This document shows, one piece after another, positions 52,200 to 64,000 of a stretch of 64,000 nucleotides of DNA. The translations under genes and the position numbers were made by a program. The notes beneath the pieces are model-generated. The model was not told the origin of the DNA. It saw nothing but the letters and a program-made list of their open reading frames with translations, and did not search any database. This DNA is from Dicyema japonicum (taxonomy: Eukaryota > Animalia > Dicyemida): positions 826,875 through 890,874 of the forward strand of contig RDEW01000009.1 in NCBI GenBank assembly GCA_011109175.1, in the 5' to 3' direction. Position 1 is the stretch's first letter; every line of letters begins with the position of its first letter.

Positions 52200-55100
52200 C
52201 CTTTATCTTGATGGCTTTTTTTTCCTTAACAAAGTGTTTGGCTATATCAACATCAAAGAGCGGAGAAAGAAGGCTGCCGGAAGAGGCTGTGCAGACTGTT
52301 TCTTTCTACTGAATTCTGAAATCATAAAAGCAAGGGATTCTAAAAGACAAATAAACTTATTATGTCTTGATATCTCGAAAGCATTTCAAAGTATCTTGTA
52401 TCAGCATGTGTATGGAATGAAGCGTTGTCAAAGCATCTTGTATCAGCATGTGTTCCAAGATACCTATTTGTTTGGCTAAGAAATTATCTTCATGAAAGAC
52501 AATCTTTTGTGAATGTGTGTGGAAATATATCCGATGCAATATCATTCAAGAGGGGAGTACCACAAGGTTCAGTATTGAGTCCTATTTTGTTTAATATATT
52601 CATGGTGAGTTTTCCACGTTCGAGGAATATTAATAGCCTTCTTATTTATGCGGATGACGTAATCGTGGTGAACATATTTCTAAAATCTTCTATATCTGAA
52701 GGACGAATCCGGGAGTATGTGGACCAGATTGAGCAATGGTGTAACTTGAGAGGGTTAAAGCTCTCTGCTGAAAGATCTTGCGCACTCAGAATATGCAATG
52801 TGAAAAAGCACCTGAAACAAGAATACACACTGGGAGTAAACAATGCACACAGTCTTCGCTACCTGAGAGTCGACTATGGACATGCAGGAGATTACATGAA
52901 TGACATAAAGGGGAGGAGAAAGAGAGCCTTTCAGTCGCTCCTATGTACACGAAAGTTACACGTTAGCCGCGAAACCTACCTGTTCATCTTCAAGGGAGTT
53001 ATTCTTCCTAGCCTACTTTATGGGTGCGAGGGGTGGTTCTTTTCTCAGAAAAGGGAGAAGATCTAATCCCTCCTAGATAAGACTAAAAGAGCTGCAATTA
53101 AGCTCTCCTTTAACAAGAAACTGAAAGACTGTCTAAGCGAGGACGAAAACAAGCTCTTAGAACCGATTAGCAGGATTGTGGAGGATCGGATCAATGGTTT
53201 CAGGAGGAGATCAAAGATCCAGGACACGTATATAAAGCTGGAAGAAACGTACTGAAAAAAAATTAATAAAAAAAGGAAAAAGGGTCCAGGTGTGAAGTCC
53301 AAGCCCAATGGTAGGACTCACATGTAACACCCTCCAGAAAACTCTTTAACTCTTTTGTTAATAAATTGTTGTTATTGTTGTCGAAAATGATATAGGGAGT
53401 GATCACTTACCTCAAACTTTGGAGCTGCGAACTGGATCCGTTTTTGAAGATGAAATATTTCTTGGATATAATATCAACAGAATTGATTGGGCTCATTTTA
53501 ATTCTTATATTTCTATGAAGTTGGATAATATTTGAAAATTGAAAATTTTAAATCATGTGGATATCAATAGTTTAGATGTAAAATTAAGAAATGTTATATT
53601 AAACTATCTTGATGATTATGGAAGGAGAAGATTTCTATCTCCGCATAGAAATAAATTAATAAATGGGGAGCAATGTCGTTTGATTCGTGAAATAAAAAAT
53701 TTGGAAGGAAAATTGAGACGACGTTGGGATCCACAAGATTCTTACCGTCTTAAAGAGAGGATCAAGTCTATAAAAGAAGTATCAAAAAGTAGTGAAGAAG
53801 ATAGATGGAGGAGAGAATGTTCCAAACTCTATCGTAATAATCCTAAATTCTTGAAACTTTTTTCGAAAATGAATTCTTTGGATAGGAAAGGTGAAAAGAT
53901 AAATTTCTAGTCTCGTGACGGCTCTCGGATCCCGAAAGAAAAAGTTCCCGATGTCTTAAGACAACAGCTCCCAGAGGTACAAGAATTGGATCCTCTGTTA
54001 ATTATTCCTTGAGACATACAAACTAGTTTTCTTGAAGAGGAGCCATCCTCACTTGTGGAGTGGTCTTTGTGTGGAACGATTTCTATGGAAAAGATAATTC
54101 CTGCTATTAATACATGCAAAAATAAAGCTCCGAGATGGGATTTTATCCCCTTGACTATCTTCAAAAATGCTGGAATGCCATTATTGAAATCATTATGGAC
54201 TTTATTTAATTCTTCGTGGTGTTCTGGACATGTTCCTTCAACGTGGAAGAAGTCTTTTGTACGGATGATCCCGAAGAAGGGAAAATCTAGTTTAAATCCA
54301 GGAAAACTATAGACCAATAAGCCTGATATGCAGTATCTCAAAAATCATGGAAAAATTTAAACGAAACGAAGATGAAGTCAAATGAGAATACGGTACTCCC
54401 GGGTTTCGAATCGATATCTTTATACTGGAACGAAGGGACTATACCAGGGACATCAATTTTTTATCGGTTTCATCTAAAGACAAGGAATCCAAGAATTATT
54501 ACATCAGTTTGTTGTGAGTTTGTCTCCATTAATGTTTGTTGTGTCGACGGTTGGCTCGCAATTGGCGGTATGTATTCTAAATCCTTGAGAGAATGTACCG
54601 GAGATATCTCTGAGTTCTTCAGTGAAAACCCGATGGCTATACTGAAAGGTGATCTCGACTCCAAGAGCACATCCTTTGGCTGCAAGAAGAGTAACAGGGA
54701 TGGCAAGCTCCTGATGAAGCTATCTAAAAGCCTAGGAGTAAAAGTCTTTACATCGAAAGAAGATAACCATTTCTCTCCCTACGGAGGTGACATGCTTGGT
54801 GTCTTCTTGATTTCCCCTGCTATTTCAGAATACGCCGACGTACCAATTACTCTTTCGGATATTGGCAGTGACCACATTCCATTGCTAATATCCGTGGATA
54901 TGAAAATGAGGCGGGTGGCATAGTGGTTAGGTGTCGGGCTAAAGTAACTTAGGTCACGGGTTCGATTCTCGCTGCTGTTCACCTGGTGGAAGGTTACACG
55001 CATCTACGATGCGGAAAGGGCTTGACGAGTGACGCCTTCATCAGTGGAGATTCACTGCGGAACTGGATAGTCAAAAGGACATACACACAAAAAAAATAAA

Positions 55101-55980
55101 AAAACAAAGAAGTGAAGAGCATTCCTTGGTTCTCCGTCTACGATTAGTTATAATAACTGTTCTTTACATAAATAAAGTGTGTGTTCTGCACGAGCGAAAC
55201 CCTAGGCATCTTACGTGCTTATGGCAACGCGGTAGTTCTTAATTAATTATGAAAATGATTAATGAACCTGAGTCTTTGTCGGTTACGAAGCCAAGAGTCT
55301 AAACTGGAATCACTATAGGATGTTCATTGCAAAGGAATTGATGTTAGGGCATACTGAGCCCAAGATTCGTCTGGAAATTGATAAAACAAGTAAACGAGTA
55401 ACGGATCTGATATTATACTATCTGGATAATTTTGCTAGAAACATATACTCAAGAAACAATAATGTTGTTCCTATTCCATGGCACATCAAGAGGATTGTGT
55501 TGAAAAGAAATAATCTAAGGACTAAACTGAGGAGATGCGTAGACCACAGGACCGCTTAGCTTTGTCTCACAAAATCGGCGAACTACAAAAGCAGTTGTCG
55601 GAACAATTCAAAAGTTGGAATGAGAATAAGTGGAACTTTCAACTACGGAAGCTAAACAAACACAATCCCTCTTTCTGGAAATATACCGAAGAGTAGGAAC
55701 CCAGAGTCAACCGCAAACAAGATTGTGCTCAAAAAACCAGATGGCACCAATTACTATGCTGAAGAAGAAATACCTTTAGTTTTTGAGACACAACTCAAAA
55801 AAATAATTGAAGCTGTAGCATTTGTAAGAGTAAAAGTGATAATCATGGACCCAGACTTGGAAGCCATAATTCATCGTCGTCCTTATGAATTGTTTGTAAA
55901 AGCGTTAGACATTCCTCTTGTTGGTAATTTGAGTGCTACAACCACTCAAAGAACTTTTTTCATTTGACTATTATTGTTAT
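52200..55980 (+). mobile_element. Cluster of decayed APE-type LINE fragments
   Basis: LDISKAF, GVPQGSVLSP, YADD, two GSDHxP APE ends, KNKAP..D and WKKSFVRMIPKKGK. Confidence 0.7.
54910..55247 (+). mobile_element. Full-length tRNA-derived SINE
   Basis: A box tggcatagtgg and B box ggttcgattc. TSD tatgaaaatga at 54899-54909 and 55248-55258. At least 6 copies in the window. Confidence 0.9.
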
Positions 55981-56400
55981 TATCTAAAAATCCCAATACC
56001 ACCAAGAAAGAAAGGTTAAACCGACTAATTAGTTGATACCAGCCTCCAAATAGCTTCCGAACTCTCCTTTAGTGCTTTCTTTTGTGTCTGAAGAGGAATT
56101 ATACCGGGGTGTATGACTTTAGTAATTTATTTAAACGGCGAATCACTGACAAATTAAAGGGAAATCCGTGGCCGTCAGGTGATCCCTTAAGCAGCCGTCT
56201 CATCTTTGCTCGGTGTTCGTCCTGAGAATTGACGCACTTCCAGTATGATCTAAAAGTACTAGTAGTGAAAAAAAACAGCTTAATTTAAAGTAATAATAAC
56301 AAAATAAATTTTAATATTAATTAAAAAAATTAATTAATTTGAAATTATTGTGTTATTGTTTTCAGGTGATGCTAGTTCCTAAAAGTAGATACAGAAAACT

Positions 56401-57897
56401 ATGCCCCTCATAATAAGATCAGACGTTGATAGTATTTTAAAAATTGATGAAAACGAGAAGACTACTTCACATAAATCTGCTAAGAAAATAGAAAAAATAA
56501 AACTACGTCCAGTAGGACGTCCTCCCAAATCCAAAAATATCAAAAACATATCAAAGAGGTATTTTCTAGTTAAGTATAAAAATTTATCATTATTTAAATT
56601 AAATTTTATTATTAAAGTAATGAAATCCTTCCAATATTGGAAACATCAAAAGGATATAAACAGGATATAATACGTAAATCGAATGTCAAAGCACGTCGAT
56701 GGCATTTGGTTCCTTTCAAAACTCCTGGAAGAAGCGATAACACGAAATTTTATCATTGGGAAAGAATTGAAAGTGTTTATAACAGTCCATTCTCAAAAGC
56801 TTATGAAAATGAATTGGAAATTCCAAGATATACAGATGAAGAATATTATGAGTTTCTAAGTGATCCGGATTGGAATAAATCAGAAACTGATTATTTGATG
56901 GAATGCCTCGAAGATTATAATCTTAGATTTATAATTGTTGCTGATCGATGGGACACGGAAAAATTTTCTCCCCGTTCTGTAGAAGAAATTAAAGGGCGCT
57001 ATTACGATATAAAAAATACATTTTTTAAATCACGAAATAATACTGGGGAGTCTAGCCCTTATGTTTATGATTGTGAGCATGAGAAAAGGAGGAGACATCA
57101 ATTGAATTTACTTTTATCAAGAACACTAGATGACGAAGCAGAAGAAGAATTTTTAATACAAGAGCTAAAGAAAATTGAAAGTCGTAGGAGAGGGCATGAA
57201 CGTAAAACACAAGATCTTCATAGTATGATAAAAGTTGCTGATATTGGAGTCGATATTAGAAAAACTGATAAAAAGGTGACTAAAAAGAGGCCTGTAATTC
57301 GTCCTCGCAATCTTTCCTCGGTTAATTTTCGTGTATTCATTTTAGGTTCTTTGCGATAATAATCTTATACGTTTTACTGAAGTGAAGCCGCCTGCAATTT
57401 ATGTGAGTAGTCAAAAAGTCTCGTTTATTTATGACTTAGTAGATCAAATTGCCTAATATGATGGGAAATAAAATGGTTAAATTAATTGAGGAAACCCTTG
57501 CAGATTTAAAAGTCGGTTATTGTTTTTATTTTATGAGTAACAGATGCCATGTTAATATCTTCTGAGGATAGGTCTACTTTATTTAATGAATTGCGTCAAA
57601 ATATTGTTTTAATGCACGAACTTAAGGTCACACTTTCTGGCTGTGAGCTTGAACTTACATCACTTAGACATCAATATGAAACATCTGTTGCTGGAAAGGT
57701 ATTTTTTGTTTTTAAATAGAATACCTCAGTAATTATGAATGATAGTCTCAATGAATGGATTAACATTCCACAGTCTGAGAATAACACAAGTTCATCACTA
57801 AAAGATTCGCAAAAAGTATTATTCCAAAGCTATTTTCTAGAGAGAAATACATAATGCGGATAAAGTTGAAGATAAACGTAAGGGGAGTAATTTTTGA
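56401..57897 (+). CDS. DMAP1: DNA methyltransferase 1-associated protein 1 (Swc4/Eaf2)
   Basis: RRWHLVPFKTPGRSD..FYHW, SANT domain WNKSETDYLM..YNLRFIIVADRW..RSVEEIKGRYY, HEKRRR.QL and FNELRQNIVL. Confidence 0.93.
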
Positions 57898-57969
57898 TTT
57901 TTAAATAATAAATGATTGAATTCAATAACGTATTGTACAATTTCACAATTATAAAGATAAAATTGTAAT

Positions 57970-59754
57970 TTATTTCGTGTATGCTTTGTCGCGTAAATTG
58001 TGATTTCGGTTCTTTCGATAGCTACGTCCCCCTGGTAGACTAAAGACAGTAAGATAAAAACATACTTAACAAATTCGACTTTGTCCAGATTAGTATTTAA
58101 CATCCAAGATGTATTCAAAGCTTGTTGAATAGTAATTCTACGTGAAGGATCCAAAATAAGCATTGATTCTAACAAATTGAGAGCTTTAGAATGAACACTT
58201 AGTTATAAATTAAATATTACTATGAAAATTCTTCTTTTATCTTATTTTTCTCATAAAAACGAGGACATATTGTGGAATAGAATGGAAGATTAATAACTGA
58301 AGGCCATATTTCTGGAGAAATAGTTCCACATAATTTGGTTATTGCATCCAATTGTTCCAATTCATTATGTGCTTTAAAAAGTTGACGTTTTTTAAAAAGT
58401 TCTCCAAGAATGCAACTGTTATAAAAAATGAACGTAACCCAGAACTCCAAATATCTATGGCAGTCCCATATCGTTCTTCTCCGAGTAAAAGTTCAGGAGG
58501 CCGATATCCAAGAGTAATCACTTTATTTGTATATGGGCGAGTTTTATCTTCTGAATTGTACAATCTAGCAAGTCCGAAATCGGCAAGCTTTAATCGGCCT
58601 CTGAAATTCAAATATTTGAATATTACTTTGAGTTGATTAAAATATTTGAGCCTTTAATATCCCTGTGAAGATAATTATTGAGATGACAAAAAAATATTGC
58701 TTTTAAAAGTTGTTTCATAATACTCGCAATCTCATCGCAATTAAAATGACAATAATGATCCTTGATTAGAAAACTTAGATCATGATCAAGATATTCAAAA
58801 ACCAAGTAAAAAACATCTAAAATATGACAAAATAGTATGAACCTTTTTTTAAATTAAAAAGTTCATCTTTATTGAAAACAACATCAAATAAACTGACAAT
58901 ATTTTCATTTTCTAAAGTGCGAAGTATTTTGACTTCACGAACGGCAGTGATAGGAAACCCTTCATGGTCAAGATTTAAATTGACACGTTTTAATGCAAAA
59001 TATTTTCCTATAAACACGTTTTAAAATGTTTAAATACCGGTTTTATTATGTTTAGCTTTAAAGACATGACCATATGTTCCAATTCCGATTTTTTCTACTA
59101 TCTTATAATCCGTTATTAGGTTTTCACTACAGGACTGGTGGACACTTCCTAATCTTTTTTGACGCTTTCTATCTTTTATTGATTGAAGGTTATCATCTAA
59201 AAATTTTAAGTAAAAGTTAATCAAAATAAATAAATCCAATTTTTTAGATATCTGACTGGATTACCTTTATCAGATGATGAACTTATATCTAAAATTAATA
59301 ACACTAAAAATACCATCAAGATTATATGATAAATTACATAAACTTAAATTTGGTTTAACTGTAAATTTTTCATTTTTATCTGAAATAAAGTAAATAAATC
59401 ACTTTGTAGAAATTGAATTGACTGTATTTCATCTGGAGGTGGAGGTGGAAAAGCTTGATTATCATCAGGAGGTGGGGGGAATACTGTTATTAAATAAAAA
59501 ATAACTATATATCAGTAGATGTAGATGACTCTTGAATTTCATCACAATTGTTTTTTTCCTCTTTTAAATTAGTATTATTTTTATTCAAATTATTTTTTGA
59601 TATCTGTAATTTTATTTCTTCAAATAAAGATGTCGGTTTAATACGAGGCTTTTTATCAAAAATAGGCGATTTGTTAGAACCAGTTGATGAATATTTACGT
59701 TTCCTTAATTTAAAAGCCAATAACCAACATAGGTAAATTATTGTCAAATCCCAT
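57970..59754 (-). CDS. CDK12: CDK12/13-like cyclin-dependent kinase
   Basis: [67 protein letters not shown], with a proline-rich segment upstream. Confidence 0.9.
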
Positions 59755-59929
59755 TAGTACAACATCAACAACGCATCTAAAATTGATTTAAAAATAATAA
59801 TAATTAATAAAAATAATAAAAGTTAATTTTAGAAATAATTAAATAGTGCAGAAATTGTGAGTGGATTTTTTCATGGTAAAACAGAGGTCAAATACTCATA
59901 AACCTTTAGTTCATTTTATTTATATAAAT

Positions 59930-61490
59930 AAAACTCAAGAGTAGGATCCTTTAGGGGGATAACATGTCTCTACTGCTCTTTGTTCTCTGTTTGGAGCCAT
60001 TGAATCACCGCCTCGGTTTGTGCAAGTACAATGTGAGCGTGTTTGTTTCAGTACAAATCACCTTTTTATCGATGACCTGAAGATGTATGCTCGAAAAGCT
60101 GAGGTGCTATACTCCATAGGGGTCTTTGCCAGGGAGTTCTTTGAGGGTAAAGGGCTAGATTTAAATTATTCAAAGTCTGTTAATAACGCGCAAATTTGTA
60201 GCGATCTGGATGTTACTGAATCTCCAAAGAACCTATCATGCCTGAGAAAAACCGACAAATTACTGAAGGCATTCATAAAGAGCAGCGTTGTTATGTAAGT
60301 GTCTCTAATGCAAGGAATTTGTTCTTAGCATTAAATGAATATGCTATCTTGCTGCTAAACTACATATTTGTTGTGGAGTTTGAGCACAAAGACTATGATG
60401 AGATTGATGTTATGATCCCTGGAGTACTCAGAGAAAACCACGTCCATCTGCTGCCAGCCAATAAAAGAGGCTATATTAACTCCTTAAGAAATTCGGCCGT
60501 GGACTGTGTGGAGTTGTTCTGCGAATGCATCGCACCCTGATAGTTTGGTCAAGTGTGTCTCCTGGGAAGCACGTCATAATAAAGTACGAGAAAACATTGG
60601 CAACTCACCTAGGCATTATCAGAACTTTTTTGTCTGCTAAGTATGATGTTTATGATGGTTGGTTAGTAAATGTGAAGGCGTTGATCGTATACAAAAGAAT
60701 AATTTAATTGAAAGGATCAACTGAAAAAGCCTTTACAAGGTCCTCTTCAGAGCATTGGACAACCCACATGTCGACCTAAGTCGACGACAACATGGCTAAA
60801 AGATGGTGATAACTCACCTCGATCGGAGGCGTGTGACAAAAGAGTGACAAAAGAGTATTAATACCCTCCAGAAATCTCCTTAACTCTTTTGTCAATAAAT
60901 CGTTGTTGTTGTTGTTGATCGGAGGCGTGTTACACGCATATGCAAGACCGCAATATTTATTGGTCTCGATTAACAAATACATGTCCCAATTTTATGTCAA
61001 GGAACAAGTCGGTTGATCATTTAGCAACTCGGTGCAGATCCATGCTCTGCCACGACTATATGTGGAGACATAATGCGGTAGTGAGGAGTCTTCATCTTCT
61101 AATATGCAATAAGTATGGTATTCGCCACACCAGAAAGTTGTGGAATCATTAGTTGCAATGTTTAGTAGGGAATACCAGGGTCCAGATCAAGATAGACAAT
61201 GTTATCAGAACCTCGGTGCTAGTCAATCACAATAAACTGGACATTGTGTTACACGATAACGAGTCTGGCCAAATCCTTATAATAGAAGTTGGCATTACGC
61301 CCAAGACCGTTTGCAGGTGGAGAAAAAAGGGAAGTATGACTTGCTTGCAAACGATGAGGCAGATTCTTGGTTGTAAGGTCCTTGTTATTCCAATAGTAAG
61401 AAGTGAGAAAAGAATTGCAACAAAGTACTACAGGTGTTATCTAAAACAGTTAGAGGTATATAAAATTGGCTAAGGGACAACACGCCTACA
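59930..61490 (+). mobile_element. Decayed R4/Dong-like RLE non-LTR retrotransposon
   Basis: GDNMSLLLFVLCLEPL, NHLFIDDLKMYA, DHLATRC....YMWRHNAVV, NK.DIV and LIIEVGIT. Confidence 0.75.
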
Positions 61491-61744
61491 GGCAGTTGTC
61501 CTTGAATTCGCCTATAAAAATAGAGACAACTCGCCAACTGGGAAAAATAGGGGTAAACGTTAAATGTTAAGATAATTTTTAAATATTTTCATTTTATATA
61601 TACTCATTTTGGTACATATTTTATAAATGTGTACGTTAAATAAGATATTGTACCAGTTTTTCATATGATAACAAGTATTCAAATAACAACTTTTTAGAAA
61701 TAAATAGCGTTTTCAGAAAATCGATTAAATATAAATTACTCAGT

Positions 61745-62000
61745 AATGATAATAATAATACTGCACCTTACGAAGAGCCATGTTAGCTATAGCTCCTCCC
61801 AGGTATGACACATACATTATTTTAAGTAATGAACAGTTATCATAACTAATTGATGAGTAGAATCAAGGAATTCTCTTCACTTTTTTTTCTTTTTGTTAGG
61901 TGCGAGTCTTTTTGTAGACGATCCGATTCCGCAGTGAACTGTTCACTGATGACTGCGTCACTCGTCAAGCCAAAGCATTGTAGATGCGTGAACCTTATTA
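61745..62000 (-). mobile_element. 5'-truncated SINE copy
   Basis: Shared core and (ATT)n tail. Confidence 0.75.
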
Positions 62001-62094
62001 AATTTTGGATAATTATGGGGTTTCCCGATTATCAGTATCACTAAATTTTTAAGGGTAAAAATAAAAAAAAACAAAAAATAATTAATATCCTTTT

Positions 62095-62320
62095 TAATAA
62101 AACTCAATAAATTTTTCTCATTTTCAACACCTCTGGAAACATAGTTTTTCTATGTGCTGAATACATTCTCAATTGGATTGAGAAATGGTGAGTAAAGGGG
62201 TAAAAATATTAAACACGGAAGTTTGCTATTTCAATCAATTCTTTAGTGCCCATGTAATTATGAATACGGGCATTATCAATAATAAAAATCGTGTCTTCAA
62301 TTCCCTCTTCTTTTAAGCAT
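62095..62320 (-). mobile_element. Tc1/IS630-like DDE transposase fragment
   Basis: IFIIDNARIH and FLPLYSPFLNPIENVFS. Confidence 0.75.
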
Positions 62321-63594
62321 ACCATATTTAGTAATTGATGCAATGGGTGACATATTTCTGATCATGATGGCCATTACAGGAATGTAGGTAGAAGATCCTG
62401 AATCAGCTCTTCCACGTTTTGGTGGAAGATTCCTGAAGATCCGACCTCATTGTGATTTATAAGATGTTCTTTTATACAAAAATATATTTACCCTTATCCA
62501 ACGTTAATGAGAAAGTGACGCTATTTGTCTGGAAACCCTATAAATTAACATTTATCCAAGAAATTGTAGAAGACGCGTACAAAAAGTCAGTATTCAAGTA
62601 ACGAATGTAAGCAAATAAAAACGAAAGGAATCATACAAAATTGGAAAAGTGCTTGATATATTTCACTGAGACAACAAAACGTGTCAATTTGTTAATTTAA
62701 AATTTTAATTTAAAAATAGTCTTGTATTGAAGAAAGGAAATCATGACTCGTTTTTAAGCAAGAGTTATTATTGACATGATACTAAAGAGATAAAGCCATC
62801 AGTGTTCGTGAATCGAAGACTGATAATCTTATCGTGAATTCTCCCTTTATTATTATTAAAATACATGACGAACAAACTTCTTTAGTAAAGCTAGGAGGTG
62901 GACATCACCATAATGAATGAAACAAATTTTAAGAAGGAGTAACTATCAATCCTAGGTTCGATATCTTTAATACAATAAGAGGGAGAAGTAGCAAGAGCAT
63001 ATATCTTTAATCACCAAGAAAACCAAGAATCATTGCATCGGCTCTGTGATTTTGTTGCAAATTATGCCTCCTGTGTGGGAGGTTTGACAGCTATAGGCAC
63101 CTTCCATTACAAATCCCTCTTAAAAAATGTGCTAGTAGAATTGCAGAGTTCTTCACTCCTAATTCGGCCTCATGGGTAACGATCAAACTCAAGAAGCACT
63201 TCCTTTGAATGTAAAAACACAAACCAAGATGGTCGAAGATTAAAAACTTTGTCGGATTATTTTTGATTCGAGGTTCTGTAATCATTGCTCAACTTATGGT
63301 GGGGGGTAAACTGGGAATTTTCCTAGTTTTCTCCAGAAGAAGATACTGGCGATGAGGCAAAGTACGACTCGTGAAATTAGAAAAACTAATTGAATATTTC
63401 TCATTTTCTCGCTAATATTTAAAAAATATAACTAAATAGTTAAAAACCAAAAGCGCTAAATTATCCATTCTATAAATCCAGTCATTTAACAGTAAAATAA
63501 ATTTAATGCGGAACAGAGCTTACCAAACACTAAAATATATCTGAAAAAATCAAACAAATTATATAAAGCCAAAATTATCCCGAATTATAATGAA

Positions 63595-63891
63595 CTATTT
63601 TTTAAGTACTATTGTTTTAACGGCTATAAGTTATTATTAGAAATACTTGGCGGTATAGATTTAACAACTTTATCCACATCGTTGTTTTTGACTTTAATAG
63701 TATAGAGATACTTTCTACATCGGAGTTTAAGCTTTGAAAACTTCACTTTCGGGTCTTTATATTGTTTAATTTTCAACTCTATAAAGATAAATTCACATAA
63801 TACGATTCGCATCAGTCTGCCTTGCAAGCTGCAAAAATTGTTTAATTTCAAATACTTGGCGTGGCTATATAGTAATAAAAATAACAACCAT
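63595..63891 (-). CDS. RPL38: 60S ribosomal protein L38; 4 exons
   Basis: M|PRQVFEIKQFLQLAR..DA..KIK..KLRCRKYLYT..SIPP. The first intron follows the ATG directly. Confidence 0.92.
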
Positions 63892-64000
63892 AACGATATA
63901 AGTCCAACAACAAAGATAACTACAAACGTGTTTTTTATTATTTATTATAAAATAAATATTATAACATTGTATTTAAATTTTATTTTATTTTTATAAGTTC

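Noticed and set aside
52386-52453. Direct repeats with a short spacer (also 31714-31830 and 39626-39692) as CRISPR-like arrays
   Set aside because: Only two units each, inside TE debris in a eukaryotic context; these are local duplications.
54910-54980. tRNA gene
   Set aside because: It has A and B boxes but a poor cloverleaf. It is the head of a multicopy, TSD-flanked SINE.
56169-56252. Fourth copy of the pseudoknot head (ggccgtcaggtgatcc)
   Set aside because: Only the first ~15 nt resemble it; P1 and P3 partners could not be assigned.

Overview
Eukaryotic, AT-rich nuclear DNA, with no prokaryotic features and no CRISPR array. Eleven compact housekeeping or ciliary genes sit as islands: a divergent selenophosphate synthetase, a GLUT transporter, a BLOC1S2-like gene, RSL24D1, PSMD2, CFAP69, FTSJ3, EXOC5, DMAP1, CDK12/13 and RPL38. 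They are split by many tiny spliceosomal introns (mostly 19-33 nt). Animal-type proteins, a ciliary gene and such introns suggest a reduced ciliated metazoan such as a dicyemid (inference only). The spacers are filled with decayed, nested mobile elements: CRE-like, RTE, Ingi/I-like and R4-like non-LTR retrotransposons, Tigger/pogo and Tc1-like DNA transposons, a tRNA-derived SINE and short non-autonomous elements. The best lead is an Ingi-like retroelement system. It has a covarying 5' pseudoknot with HDV-ribozyme topology (three copies), followed by a 2A StopGo peptide and an APE endonuclease, a covarying 3' stem plus (TAA)n tail, and short derivatives keeping only the ends. Other leads are an in-frame UGA plus a compensated frameshift in CFAP69, an intact but apparently catalytically dead SPS, host-type micro-introns at different positions in paralogous transposases, a GG-donor intron-like insert in PSMD2, and a structured long intron in EXOC5. 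Gene models were spliced by eye and homologue comparisons are from memory.
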